From: Euglena gracilis
Taxonomy: Eukaryota
Assembly (NCBI GenBank): GCA_039621445.1
Contig: CP154954.1
Coordinates: 34,135,737 to 34,199,736, forward strand
Direction of reading: 5' to 3'
DNA: 64,000 nucleotides
A program made the position numbers and the translations under genes. Each line of letters begins with the position of its first letter. The first letter of the stretch is position 1. The notes beneath the pieces were generated by a model, which worked only from the letters and a program-made list of their open reading frames with translations, did no database searches and was not told where the DNA came from. Positions 34,501-49,000 of the stretch are shown piece after piece.

Positions 34501-37500
34501 TAGGTAAAGGATCGCCGACCTCTAGCCGGGGCAGAGCGCTCGTTTTTGGAGCGCCGGCGCAGCCGATTTCGGCCGAAAACGGCCGAAAAATGACGTTTCT
34601 GGGGGCGTCCGTTACTTACGTGCTATTTTGCGCCTCCCGGGCGGTAACGGCTGCGTTTTACGCACGCCCGCCGCGGGCAAAATTGCGGCTATCCGCCCGC
34701 CGCCCTTCGCAACAGTTAGGTAAAGGATCGCCGACCTCTAGCCGGGGCAGAGCGCTCGTTTTTGGAGCGCCGGCGCAGCCGATTTCGGCCGAAAACGGCC
34801 GAAAAATGACGTTTCTGGGGGCGTCCGTTACTTACGTGCTATTTTGCGCCTCCCGGGCGGTAACGGCTGCTTTTTACGCACGCCCGCCGCGGGCAAAATT
34901 GCGGCTATCCGCCCGCCGCCCTTCGCAACAGTTAGGTAAAGGATCGCCGACCTCTAGCCGGGGCAGAGCGCTCGTTTTTGGAGCGCCGGCGCAGCCGATT
35001 TCGGCCGAAAACGGCCGAAAAATGACGTTTCTGGGGGCGTCCGTTACTTACGTGCTATTTTGCGCCTCCCGGGCGGTAACGGCTGCGTTTTACGCACGCC
35101 CGCCGCGGGCAAAATTGCGGCTATCCGCCCGCCGCCCTTCGCAACAGTTAGGTAAAGGATCGCCGACCTCTAGCCGGGGCAGAGCGCTCGTTTTTGGAGC
35201 GCCGGCGCAGCCGATTTCGGCCGAAAACGGCCGAAAAATGACGTTTCTGACTTTACGTGCTATTTTGCGCCTCCCGGGCGGTAACGGCTGCGTTTTACGC
35301 ACGCCCGCCGCGGGCAAAATTGCGGCTATCCGCCCGCCGCCCTTCGCAACAGTTAGGTAAAGGATCGCCGACCTCTAGCCGGGGCAGAGCGCGCGTTTTT
35401 GGAGCGCCGGCGCAGCCGATTTCGGCCGAAAACGGCCGAAAAATGACGTTTCTGGGGGCGTCCGTTACTTACGTGCTATTTTGCGCCTCCCGGGCGGTAA
35501 CGGCTGCGTTTTACGCACGCCCGCCGCGGGCAAAATTGCGGCTATCCGCCCGCCGCCCTTCGCAACAGTTAGGTAAAGGATCGCCGACCTCTAGCCGGGG
35601 CAGAGCGCTCGTTTTTGGAGCGCCGGCGCAGCCGATTTCGGCCGAAAACGGCCGAAAAATGACGTTTCTGGGGGGCGTCCGTTACTTACGTGCTATTTTG
35701 CGCCTCCCGGGCGGTAACGGCTGCGTTTTACGCACGCCCGCCGCGGGCAAAATTGCGGCTATCCGCCCGCCGCCCTTCGCAACAGTTAGGTAAAGGATCG
35801 CCGACCTCTAGCCGGGGCAGAGCGCTCGTTTTTGGAGCGCCGGCGCAGCCGATTTCGGCCGAAAACGGCCGAAGATGACGTTTCTGGGGGGCGTCCGTTA
35901 CTTACGTGCTATTTTGCGCCTCCCGGGCGGTAACGGCTGCGTTTTACGCACGCCCGCCGCGGGCAAAATTGCGGCTATCCGCCCGCCGCCCTTCGCAACA
36001 GTTAGGTAAAGGATCGCCGACCTCTAGCCGGGGCAGAGCGCTCGTTTTTGGAGCGCCGGCGCAGCCGATTTCGGCCGAAAACGGCCGAAAAATGACGTTT
36101 CTGGGGGCGTCCGTTACTTACGTGCTATTTTGCGCCTCCCGGGCGGTAACGGCTGCGTTTTACGCACGCCCGCCGCGGGCAAAATTGCGGCTATCCGCCC
36201 GCCGCCCTTCGCAACAGTTAGGTAAAGGATCGCCGACCTCTAGCCGGGGCAGAGCGCTCGTTTTTGGAGCGCCGGCGCAGCCGATTTCGGCCGAAAACGG
36301 CCGAAAAGACCTGCGTCCGTAACTTACGTGCTATTTTGCGCCTCCCGGGCGGTAACGGCTGCGTTTTACGCACGCCCGCCGCGGGCAAAATTGCGGCTAT
36401 CCGCCCGCCGCCCTTCGCAACAGTTAGGTAAAGGATCGCCGACCTCTAGCCGGGGCAGAGCGCTCGTTTTTGGAGCGCCGGCGCAGCCGATTTCGGCCGA
36501 AAACGGCCGAAAAATGACGTTTCTGGGGGCGTCCGTTACTTACGTGCTATTTTGCGCCTCCCGGGCGGTAACGGCTGCGTTTTACGCACGCCCGCCGCGG
36601 GCAAAATTGCGGCTATCCGCCCGCCGCCCTTCGCAACAGTTAGGTAAAGGATCGCCGACCTCTAGCCGGGGCAGCGCGCTCGTTTTTGGAGCGCCGGCGC
36701 AGCCGATTTCGGCCGAAAACGGCCGAAAAATGACGTTTCTGGGGGCGTCCGTTACTTACGTGCTATTTTGCGCCTCCCGGGCGGTAACGGCTGCGTTTTA
36801 TGCACGCCCGCCGCGGGCAAAATTGCGGCTATCCGCCCGCCGCCCTTCGCAACAGTTAGGTAAAGGATCGCCGACCTCTAGCCGGGGCAGAGCGCTCGTT
36901 TTTGGAGCGCCGGCGCAGCCGATTTCGGCCGAAAACGGCCGAAAAATGACGTTTCTGGGGGCGTCCGTTACTTACGTGCTATTTTGCGCCTCCCGGGCGG
37001 TAACGGCTGCGTTTTACGCACGCCCGCCGCGGGCAAAATTGCGGCTATCCGCCCGCCGCCCTTCGCAACAGTTAGGTAAAGGATCGCCGACCTCTAGCCG
37101 GGGCAGAGCGCTCGTTTTTGGAGCGCCGGCGCAGCCGATTTCGGCCGAAAACGGCCGAAAAATGACGTTTCTGGGGGCGTCCGTTACTTACGTGCTATTT
37201 TGCGCCTCCCGGGCGGTAACGGCTGCGTTTTACGCACGCCCGCCGCGGGCAAAATTGCGGCTATCCGCCCGCCGCCCTTCGCAACAGTTAGTATAAGGAG
37301 CGCCGACCTCTAGCCGGGGCAGAGCGCTCGTTTTTGGAGCGCCGGCGCAGCCGATTTCGGCCGAAAACGGCCGAAAAATGACGTTTCTGGGGGCGTCCGT
37401 TACTTACGTGCTATTTTGCGCCTCCCGGGCGGTAACGGCTGCGTTTTACGCACGCCCGCCGCAGGCAAAATTGCGGCTATCCGCCCGCCGCCCTTCGCAA

Positions 37501-40500
37501 CAGTTAGGTAAAGGATCGCCGACCTCTAGCCGGGGCAGAGCGCTCGTTTTTGGAGCGCCGGCGCAGCCGATTTCGGCCGAAAACGGCCGAAAAATGACGT
37601 TTCTGGGGGCGTCCGTTACTTACGTGCTATTTTGCGCCTCCCGGGCGGTAACGGCTGCGTTTTACGCACGCCCGCCGCGGGCAAAATTGCGGCTATCCGC
37701 CCGCCGCCCTTCGCAACAGTTAGGTAAAGGATCGCCGACCTCTAGCCGGGGCAGAGCGCTCGTTTTTGGAGCGCCGGCGCAGCCGATTTCGGCCGAAAAC
37801 GGCCGAAAAATGACGTTTCTGGGGGCGTCCGTTACTTACGTGCTATTTTGCGCCTCCCGGGCGGTAACGGCGTTTTACGCACGCCCGCCGCAGGCAAAAT
37901 TGCGGCTATCCGCCCGCCGCCCTTCGCAACAGTTAGGTAAAGGATCGCCGACCTCTAGCCGGGGCAGAGCGCTCGTTTTTGGAGCGCCGGCGCAGCCGAT
38001 TTCGGCCGAAAACGGCCGAAAAATGACGTTTCTGGGGGCGTCCGTTACTTACGTGCTATTTTGCGCCTCCCGGGCGGTAACGGCTGCGTTTTACGCACGC
38101 CCGCCGCGGGCAAAGTTGCGGCTATCCGCCCGCCGCCCCTCGCAACTGTTAGGTAAAGAATCGCCGACCTCCAGCCGGGGCAGAGCGCTCGTTTTTGGAG
38201 CGCCGGCGCAGCCGGTTTCGGCCGAAAAACGGCCGAAAAATGACGTTTCTGGGGGCTTCCGTTACTTACGTGCTATTTTGCGCCTCCCGGGCGCTAACGG
38301 CTGCGTTTTACGCACGCCCGCCGCGGGCAAAATTGCGTCTATCCGCCCGCCGCCCTTCGCAAGAGTTAGGTAAAGGATTGCCGACCTCCAGCCGGGGCAG
38401 AGCGCTCGTTTTTGGAGCGCCGGCGCAGCCGATTTCGGCCGAAAACGGCCGAAAAATGACGTTTCTGGGGGCGTCCGTTACTTACGTGCTATTTTGCGCC
38501 TCCCGGGCGGTAACGGCTGCGTTTTACGCACGCCCGCCGCGGGCAAAATTGCGGCTATCCGCCCGCCGCCCTTCGCAACAGTTAGTTAAAGGATCGCCGA
38601 CCTCTAGCCGGGGCAGCGCGCTCGTTTTTGGAGCGCCGGCGCAGCCGATTTCGGCCGAAAACGGCCGAAAAATGACGTTTCTGGGGGCGTCCGTTACTTA
38701 CGTGCTATTTTGCGCCTCCCGGGCGGTAACGGCTGCGTTTTACGCACGCCCGCCGCGGGCAAAATTGCGGCTATCCGCCCGCCGCCCTTCGCAACAGTTA
38801 GGTAAAGGATCGCCGACCTCTAGCCGGGGCAGAGCGCTCGTTTTTGGAGCGCCGGCGCAGCCGATTTCGGCCGAAAACGGCCGAAAAATGACGTTTCTGG
38901 GGGCGTCCGTTACTTACGTGCTATTTTGCGCCTCCCGGGCGGTAACGGCTGCGTTTTACGCACGCCCGCCGCGGGCAAAATTGCGGCTATCCGCCCGCCG
39001 CCCTTCGCAACAGTTAGTTAAAGGATCGCCGACCTCTAGCCGGGGCAGAGCGCTCGTTTTTGGAGCGCCGGCGCAGCCGATTTCGGCCGAAAACGGCCGA
39101 AAATGACGTTTCTGGGGGCGTCCGTTACTTACGTGCTATTTTGCGCCTCCCGGGCGGTAACGGCTGCGTTTTACGCACGCCCGCCGCGGGCAAAATTGCG
39201 TCTATCCGCCCGCCGCCCTTCGCAACAGTTAGGTAAAGGATCGCCGACCTCCAGCCGGGGCAGAGCGCTCGTTTTTGGAGCGCCGGCGCAGCCGATTTCG
39301 GCCGAAAACGGCCGAAAAATGACGTTTCTGGGGGCGTCCGTTACTTACGTGCTATTTTTGCGCCTCCCGGGCGGTAACGGCTGCGTTTTACGCACGCCCG
39401 CCGCGGGCAAAATTGCGGCTATCCGCCCGCCGCCCTTCGCAACAGTTAGTTAAAGGATCGCCGACCTCTAGCCGGGGCAGAGCGCTCGTTTTTGGAGCGC
39501 CGGCGCAGCCGATTTCGGCCGAAAACGGCCGAAAAATGACGTTTCTGGGGGCGTCCGTTACTTACGTGCTATTTTGCGCCTCCCGGGCGGTAACGGCTGC
39601 GTTTTACGCACGCCGCCGCGGGCAAAATTGCGGCTATCCGCCCGCCGCCCTTCGCAACAGTTAGGTAAAGGATCGCCGACCTCTAGCCGGGGCAGAGCGC
39701 TCGTTTTTGGAGCGCCGGCGCAGCCGATTTCGGCCGAAAACGGCCGAAAAATGACGTTTCTGGGGGCGTCCGTTACTTACGTGCTATTTTGCGCCTCCCG
39801 GGCGGTAACGGCTGCGTTTTACGCACGCCCGCCGCGGGCAAAATTGCGGCTATCCGCCCGCCGCCCTTCGCAACAGTTAGGTAAAGGATCGCCGACCTCT
39901 AGCCGGGGCAGAGCGCTCGTTTTTGGAGCGCCGGCGCAGCCGATTTCGGCCGAAAACGGCCGAAAAATGACGTTTCTGGGGGCGTCCGTTACTTACGTGC
40001 TATTTTGCGCCTCCCGGGCGGTAACGGCTGCGTTTTACGCACGCCCGCCGCGGGCAAAATTGCGGCTATCCGCCCGCCGCCCTTCGCAACAGTTAGGTAA
40101 AGGATCGCCGACCTCTAGCCGGGGCAGAGCGCTCGTTTTTGGAGCGCCGGCGCAGCCGATTTCGGCCGAAAAACGGCCGAAAAATGACGTTTCTGGGGGC
40201 GTCCGTTACTTACGTGCTATTTTGCGCCTCCCGGGCGGTAACGGCTGCGTTTTACGCACGCCCGCCGCGGGCAAAATTGCGGCTATCCGCCCGCCGCCCT
40301 TCGCAACAGTTAGGTAAAGGATCGCCGACCTCCAGCCGGTGCAGAGCGCTCGTTTTTGGAGCGCCGGCGCAGCCGATTTCGGCCGAAAACGGCCGAAAAA
40401 TGACGTTTCTGGGGGCGTCCGTTACTTACGTGCTATTTTGCGCCTCCCGGGCGGTAACGGCTGCGTTTTACGCACGCCCGCCGCGGGCAAAATTGCGGCT

Positions 40501-43026
40501 ATCCGCCCGCCGCCCTTCGCAACAGTTAGGTAAAGGATCGCCGACCTCCAGCCGGGGCAGAGCGCTCGTTTTTGGAGCGCCGGCGCAGCCGATTTCGGCC
40601 GAAAACGGCCGAAAAATGACGTTTCTGGGGGCGTCCGTTACTTACGTGCTATTTTGCGCCTCCCGGGCGGTAACGGCTGCGTTTTACGCACGCCCGCCGC
40701 GGGCAAAATTGCGGCTATCCGCCCGCCGCCCTTCGCAACAGTTAGGTAAAGGATCGCCGACCTCTAGCCGGGGCAGAGCGCTCGTTTTTGGAGCGCCGGC
40801 GCAGCCGATTTCGGCCGAAAACGGCCGAAAAATGACGTTTCTGGGGGCGTCCGTTACTTACGTGCTATTTTGCGCCTCCCGGGCGGTAACGGCTGCGTTT
40901 TACGCACGCCCGCCGCGGGCAAAATTGCGGCTATCCGCCCGCCGCCCTTCGCAACAGTTAGGTAAAGGATCGCCGACCTCTAGCCGGGGCAGAGCGCTCG
41001 TTTTTGGAGCGCCGGCGCAGCCGATTTCGGCCGAAAACGGCCGAAAAATGACGTTTCTGGGGGCGTCCGTTACTTACGTGCTATTTTGCGCCTCCCGGGC
41101 GGTAACGGCTGCGTTTTACGCACGCCGCCGCGGGCAAAATTGCGGCTATCCGCCCGCCGCCCTTCGCAACAGTTAGGTAAAGGATCGCCGACCTCTAGCC
41201 GGGGCAGAGCGCTCGTTTTTGGAGCGCCGGCGCAGCCGATTTCGGCCGAAAACGGCCGAAAAATGACGTTTCTGGGGGCGTCCGTTACTTACGTGCTATT
41301 TTGCGCCTCCCGGGCGGTAACGGCTGCGTTTTACGCACGCCCGCCGCGGGCAAAATTGCGGCTATCCGCCCGCCGCCCTTCGCAACAGTTAGGTAAAGGA
41401 TCGCCGACCTCTAGCCGGGGCAGAGCGCTCGTTTTTGGAGCGCCGGCGCAGCCGATTTCGGCCGAAAACGGCCGAAAAATGACGTTTCTGGGGGCGTTCC
41501 TTACTTACGTGCTATTTTGCGCCTCCCGGGCGGTAACGGCTGCGTTTTACGCACGCCCGCCGCGGGCAAAATTGCGGCTATCGCCCGCCGCCCTTCGCAA
41601 CAGTTAGGTAAAGGATCGCCGACCTCTAGCCGGGGCAGCGCGCTCGTTTTTGGAGCGCCGGCGCAGCCGATTTCGGCCGAAAACGGCCGAAAAATGACGT
41701 TTCTGGGGGCGTCCGTTACTTACGTGCTATTTTGCGCCTCCCGGGCGGTAAAGGCTGCGTTTTACGCACGCCCGCCGCGGGCAAAATTGCGGCTATCCGC
41801 CCGCCGCCCTTCGCAACAGTTAGGTAATGGATCGCAAACCTCCAGCCGGTGCAGAGCGCTCGTTTTTGGAGCGCCGGCGCAGCCGGTTTCGGCCGAAAAA
41901 CAGCCGAAAAATGACGTTTCTGGGGGCGTCCGTTACTTACGTGCTATTTTGCGCCTCCCGGGCGGTAACGGCTGCGTTTTACGCACGCCCGCCGCGGGTA
42001 AAATTGCGGCTATCCGCCCGCCGCCCCTCTCAACAGTTAGGTAAAGGATCACCGACCTCCAGCCGGGGCAGAGCGCTCGTTTTTGGAGCGCCGGCGCAGC
42101 CGATTTCGGCCGAAAACGGCCAAAAAATGACGTTTCTGGGGGCGTCCGTTACTTACGTGCTATTTTGCGCCTCCCGGGCGGTAACGGCTGCGTTTTACGC
42201 ACGCCCGCCGCGGGCAAAATTGCGGCTATCCGCCCGCCGCCCTTCGCAACAGTTAGGTAAAGGAGCGCCGTGCTCTAGCCGGGGCAGAGCGCTCGTTTTT
42301 TGGAGTGCCGGCGCAGCCGATTTCGGCTGAAAAACGGCCGAAAAATGACGTTTTGGGGGGAGTCCGTCACTTACGTGCTATTTTGTGCCGCCTGGGCGGT
42401 AACGGCTGCGTTTTACGCACGCCCGGCGCGGGAAAAATTGCGGCTATCCGCCCGCCGCCCTTCGCAACAGTTAGGTAAAGGATCGCCGACCTCCAGCCGG
42501 TGCAGAGCACTCGTTTTTGGAGCGCCGGCGCAGCCGATTTCGGCCGAAAAACTGCCGAAAAATGACGTTTCTGGGGGCGTCCGTTACTTACGTGCTATTT
42601 TGCGCCTCCCGGGCGGTAACGACTGCGTTTTACGCACGCCCGCCGCGGGCAAAATTGCGGCTATCCGCCCGCCGCCCTTCGCAACAGTTAGTTAAAGGAT
42701 CGGCGACCTCCAGCCGGGGCAGAGCGCTCGTTTTTGGAGCGCCGGCGCAGCCGATTTCGGCCGAAAACGGCCGAAAAATGACGTTTCTGGGCGTCCGGTA
42801 CTTACGTGCTATTTTGCGCCTCCCGGGCGCTAACGGCTGCGTTTTACGCACGCCCGCCGCGGGCAAAATTGCGGCTATCCGCCCGCCGCCCTTCGCAACA
42901 GTTAGGTAAAGGATCGCCGACCTCCAGCCGGGACAGAGCGCTCGTTTTTGGAGCGCCGGCGCAGCCGATTTCGGCAGAAAACGGCCGAAAAATGACGTTT
43001 CTGGGGGCGTCCGTTACTTACGTGCT
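28549..43026 (+). repeat. ~216-bp tandem satellite, block 3 (forward orientation, subfamily B, highly homogeneous)
   Basis: Resumes in register after the GCCG TSD. Diagnostic bases GGCCGAAAAA, GCGCTCGTTT, TTTCTGGGGG, CCGCGGG. Many monomers are near-identical. Confidence 0.97.
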
Positions 43027-46000
43027 TTTTTTTTTTTTTCGGCCGTTTTCGGCCGAAATCGGCTGCACCGGCGCTCCAAAAACGAGCGCTCTGCCCCGGA
43101 GAGAGGTCGTCGATCCTTTACCAAACTGTTGCGAATGGCGGCGGGCGGGTAGCCGCAATTTTGCTCGCGGCGGGCGTGCGTAAAATGCAGCCGTTACCGC
43201 CCTGGAGGCGCAAAATTGCACGTAAGTAACGGACGCCCCCAGAAACGTCATTTTTCGGCCGTTTTCGGCCGAAATCGGCTGCGCCGGTGCTCCAAAAACG
43301 AGCGCTCAGCAGCGAGCAGAATTGCGGCTATCCGCCCGCCGCCCTTCGCAACAGTTAGTTAAAGGATGGCCGACCTCTACCTGTGGCGGCGGGCGTGCGT
43401 AAAACGCAGCCGTTACCGCCCGGGAGGCCCAAAATAGCACGTAAGTAACCGACGCCCCCGAAAAACGTCACTTTTCGTCCGTTTCCGACCAAAATCGGTT
43501 GCGCCGGCGCTCCAAAAGGGGCGCTATGCCCCGGCTAGAGGTCGGCTATCCTTGACCTAACTGTTGCGAAGGGCGGCGGGCGGATAGCCGCATTTTTGCC
43601 CGCGGCGGGCGTGCGCAAACGCTGCCGTTACCGCCCGGGAGGTGCAAAATAGCATGTAAGTAACGGACGCCCCCAGAAACGTCATTTTTCGGCCGTTTTC
43701 GGCCGAAATCCAACGCGGCAAAAACGAGCGCTCTGCCCCGGCTAGAGGTCGGTGATCCTTTACCTAACTGTTGAGAAGGGCAGCGGGCGGATAGCCGCAA
43801 TTTTGCCCGCGGCGGGCGTGCGTAAAACGCAGCCGTTACCGCCCGGGAGGCGCAAAATAGCACGTAAGTGACGGACGCCCCCCAAAAACCTCATTTGTCG
43901 GCCGTTTTCGGCCGAAATCGGCTGCGCCGGCGCTCCAAAAACGAGCGCTCTGCCCCGACTAGAGGTCGGCGATCCTTTACCTAACTGTTGCGAATGGCGG
44001 CGGGCGGGTAGCCGCAATTTTGCTCGCGGCGGGCGTGCGTAAAATGCAGCCGTTACCGCCCTGGAGGCGCAAAATTGCACGTAAGTAACGGACGCCCCCA
44101 GAAACGTCATTTTTCGGCCGTTTTCGGCCAAAATCGGCTGCGCCGGCGCTCCAAAAACCAGCGCTCTGCCCCAGCTAGAGGTCGGCGATCCTTTACCTAA
44201 CTGTTTCGAAGGGCGGGGTGCGGATAGCCGCAGTTTTGCCCGCGGCGGGCGTGCGTAAAACGCGGCCGTTACCGCCCGGGAGGTGCAAAATAGCACGTAA
44301 GTAAACGACGCCGCCCAAAAACGTCATTTTGGGCCGTTTTCGGCCGAAATCGGCTGCGCCGGCGCTCCAAAAACGAGCGCTCAGCAGCGAGCAGAATTGC
44401 GGCTATCCGCCCGCCGCCCTTCGCAACAGTTAGTTAAAGGATGGCCGACCTCTACCTGTGGCGGCGGGCGTGCGTAAAACGCAGCCGTTACCGCCCGGGA
44501 GGCGCAAAATAGCACGTAAGTGACGGACGCCCCCCAAAAACCTCATTTGTCGGCCGTTTTCGGCCGAAATCGGCTGCGCCGGCGCTCCAAAAACGAGCGC
44601 TCTACCCCGACTACAGGTCGGCGATCCTTTACCTAACTGTTGCGAAGGGCGGCGGGCGGATAGCCGCAATTTTGCCCGCGGCGGGCGTGCGTAAAACGCA
44701 GCCGTTACCGCCGGGATGCGCAAAATAGCACGTAAGTAACGGACGCCCCCAGAAACGTCATTTTTCGGCCGTTTTCTACCGAAATCGGCTGCGCCGGCGC
44801 TCCAAAAACGAGCGCTCTGCCCCGGTCAGAGGTCGAAGCTCCTTTACCTAACTGTTGCGAAGGGCGGCGGGCGGATATCCGCAATTTTGCCCGCGGCGGG
44901 CGTGCGTAAAACGCAGCCGTTACCGCCCGGGAGGTGCAAAATAGCACGTAAGTAACGGACGCCCCCAGAAACGTCATTTTTCGGCCGTTTTCGGCCGAAA
45001 TTGGCTGCGCCGGCGCTCCAAACGAGCGCTCTGCCCCGGCTAGAGGTCGGCGATCCTTTACCTAACTGTTGCGAAAGGGCGGCGGGCGGATAGCCGCAAT
45101 TTTGCCCGCGGCGGGCGTGCGTAAAACGCAGCCGTTACCGCCGGGATGCGCAAAATAGCACGTAAGTAACGGACGCCCCCAGAAACGTCATTTTTCGGCC
45201 GTTTTCTACCGAAATCGGCTGCGCCGGCGCTCCAAAAACGAGCGCTCTGCCCCGGCTAGAGGTCGGCGATCCTTTACCTAACTGTTGCGAAGGGCGGCGG
45301 GCGGATAGCCGCAATTTTTCTGGCGGCGGGCGTGCGTAAAACGCAGCCGTTACCGCCCGGGAGGTGCAAAATAGCACGTAAGTAACGGACGCCCCCAGAA
45401 ACGTCATTTTTCGGCCGTTTTCGGCCGAAATTGGCTGCGCCGGCGCTCCAAAAACGAGCGCTCTGCCCCGGCTAGAGGTCGGCGATCCTTTACCTAACTG
45501 TTGCGAAGGGCGGCGGGCGGATAGCCGCAATTTTGCCCGCGGCGGGCGTGCGTAAAACGCAGCCGTTACCGCCCGGGAGGTGCAAAATAGCACGTAAGTG
45601 ACGGACGCCACCAAAAAACGTCATTTTTCGGCCGTTTTCGGCCGAAATCGGCTGCACCGGCGCTCCAAAAACGAGCGCTCTGCCCCGGTCAGAGGTCGGC
45701 GATCCTTTACCAAACTGTTGCGAATGGCGGCGGGCGGGTAGCCGCAATTTTGCTCACGGCGGGCGTGCGTAAAATGCAGCCGTTACCGCCCTGGAGGCGC
45801 AAAATTGCACGTAAGTAACGGACGCCCCCAGAAACGTCATTTTTCGGCCGTTTTCGGCCGAAATCGGCTGCGCCGGCGCTCCAAAAACCAGCGCTCTGCC
45901 CCAGCTAGAGGTCGGCGATCCTTTACCTAACTGTTTCGAAGGGCGGGGTGCGGATAGCCGCAGTTTTGCCCGCGGCGGGCGTGCGTAAAATGCGGCCGTT

Positions 46001-49000
46001 ACCGCCCGGGAGGTGCAAAATAGCACGTAAGTAAACGACGCCGCCCAAAAACGTCATTTTGGGCCGTTTTCGGCCGAAATCGGCTGCGCCGGCGCTCCAA
46101 AAATGAGCGCTCATCAGCGAGCAGAATTGCGGCTATCCGCCCGCCGCCCTTCGCAACAGTTAGTTAAAGGATGGCCGACCTCTACCTGTGGCGGCGGGCG
46201 TGCGTAAAACGCAGCCGTTACCGCCCGGGAGGCGCAAAATAGCACGTAAGTGACGGACGCCCCCCAAAAACCTCATTTGTCGGCCGTTTTCGGCCGAAAT
46301 CGGCTGCGCCGGCGCTCCAAAAACGAGCGCTCTGCCCCGACCAGAGGTCGGCGATCCTTTACCTAACTGTTGCGAAGGGCGGCGGGCGGATAGCCGCAAT
46401 TTTGCCCGCGGCGGGCGTGCGTAAAACGCAGCCGTTACCGCCGGGAGGCGCAAAAAAGCACGTAAGTAACGGACGCCCCCAGAAACGTCATTTTTCGGCC
46501 GTTTTCTACCGAAATCGGCTGCGCCGGCGCTCCAAAAACGAGCGCTCTGCCCCGGTCAGAGGTCGAAGCTCCTTTACCTAACTGTTGCGAAGGGCGGCGG
46601 GCGGATATCCGCAATTTTTCCGGCGGCGGGCGTGCGTAAAACGCAGCCGTTACCGCCCGGGAGGTGCAAAATAGCACGTAAGTAACGGACGCCCCCAGAA
46701 ACGTCATTTTTCGGCCGTTTTCGGCCGAAATTGGCTGCGCCGGCGCTCCAAAAACGAGCGCTCTGCCCCGGCTAGAGGTCGGCGATCCTTTACCTAACTG
46801 TTTCGAAGGGCGGGGTGCGGATAGCCGCAGTTTTGCCCGCGGCGGGCGTGCGTAAAACGCGGCCGTTACCGCCCGGGAGGTGCAAAATAGCACGTAAGTA
46901 AACGACGCCGCCCAAAAACGTCATTTTGGGCCGTTTTCGGCCGAAATCGGCTGCGCCGGCGCTCCAAAAACGAGCGCTCAGCAGCGAGCAGAATTGCGGC
47001 TATCCGCCCGCCGCCCTTCGCAACAGTTAGTTAAAGGATGGCCGACCTCTACCTGTGGCGGCGGGCGTGCGTAAAACGCAGCCGTTACCGCCCGGGAGGC
47101 GCAAAATAGCACGTAAGTGACGGACGCCCCCCAAAAACCTCATTTGTCGGCCGTTTTCGGCCGAAATCGGCTGCGCCGGCGCTCCAAAAACGAGCGCTCT
47201 GCCCCGGCTAGAGGTCGGCGATCCTTTACCTAACTGTTGCGAAGGGCGGCGGGCGGATAGCCGCAATTTTGCCCGCGGCGGGCGTGCGTAAAACGCAGCC
47301 GTTACCGCCGGGAGGCGCAAAATAGCACGTAAGTAACGGACGCCCCCAGAAACGTCATTTTTCGGCCGTTTTCGGCCGAAATCGGCTGCGCCGGCGCTCC
47401 AAAAACGAGCGCTCTGCCCCGGCTAGAGGTCGGCGATCCTTTACCTAACTGTTGCGAAGGGCGGCGGGCGGATAGCCGCAATTTTTCTGGCGGCGGGCGT
47501 GCGTAAAACGCAGCCGTTACCGCCCGGGAGGTGCAAAATAGCACGTAAGTAACGGACGCCCCCAGAAACGCCATTTTTCGGCCGTTTTCGGCCGAAATTG
47601 GCTGCGCCGGCGCTCCAAAAACGAGCGCTCTGCCCCGGCTAGAGGTCGGCGATCCTTTACCTAACTGTTGCAAAGGGCGGCGGGCGGATAGCCGCAATTT
47701 TGCCCGCGGCGGGCGTGCGTAAAACGCAGCCGTTACCGCCCGGGAGGCGCAAAATAGCACGTAAGTAACGGACGCCACCAAAAAACGTCATTTTTCGGCC
47801 GTTTTCGGCCGAAATCGGCTGCGCCGGCGCTCCAAAAACGAGCGCTCTGCCCCGGCTAGAGGTCGGCGATCCTTTACCAAACTGTTGCGAAGGGCGGCGG
47901 GCGGATAGCCGCAATTTTGCCCGCGGCGGGCGTGCGTAAAATGCAGCCGTTACCGCCCGGGAGGCGCAAAATAGCACGTAAGTAACGGACGCCCCCAGAA
48001 ACGTCATTTTTCGGCCGTTTTCGGCCGAAATCGGCTGCGCCGGCGCTCCAAAAACGAGCGCTCTGCCCCCGGCTAGAGGTCGGCGATCCTTTACCTAACT
48101 GTTGCGAAGGGCGGCGGGCGGATAGCCGCAATTTTGCCCGCGGCGGGCGTGCGTAAAACGCGGCCGTTACCGCCCGGGAGGTGCAAAATAGCACGTAAGT
48201 AAACGACGCCGCCCAAAAACGTCATTTTGGGCCGTTTTCGGCCGAAATCGGCTGCGCCGGCGCTCCAAAAATGAGCGCTCATCAGCGAGCAGAATTGCGG
48301 CTATCCGCCCGCCGCCCTTCGCAACAGTTAGTTAAAGGATGGCCGACCTCTACCTGTGGCGGCGGGCGTGCGTAAAACGCAGCCGTTACCGCCCGGGAGG
48401 CGCAAAATAGCACGTAAGTAACGGACGCCCCCCAAAAACGTCATTTTTCGGCCGTTTTCGGCCGAAATCGGCTGCGCCGGCGCTCCAAAAACGAGCGCTC
48501 TGCCCCGGCTAGAGGTCGGCGATCCTTTACCTAACTGTTGCGAAGGGCGGCGGGCGGATAGCCGCAATTTTGCCCGCGGCGGGCGTGCGTAAAACGCAGC
48601 CGTTACCGCCGGGAGGCGCAAAAAAGCACGTAAGTAACGGACGCCCCCAGAAACGTCATTTTTCGGCCGTTTTCTACCGAAATCGGCTGCGCCGGCGCTC
48701 CAAAAACGAGCGCTCTGCCCCGGTCAGAGGTCGAAGCTCCTTTACCTAACTGTTGCGAAGGGCGGCGGGCGGATATCCGCAATTTTTCCGGCGGCGGGCG
48801 TGCGTAAAACGCAGCCGTTACCGCCCGGGAGGCGCAAAATAGCACGTAAGTAACGGACGCCCCCAGAAACGTCATTTTTCGGCCGTTTTCGGCCGAAATC
48901 GGCTGCGCCGGCGCTCCAAACGAGCGCTCTGCCCCGGCTAGAGGTCGGCGATCCTTTACCTAACTGTTGCGAAGGGTGGCAGGCGGATAGCCGCAGTTTT

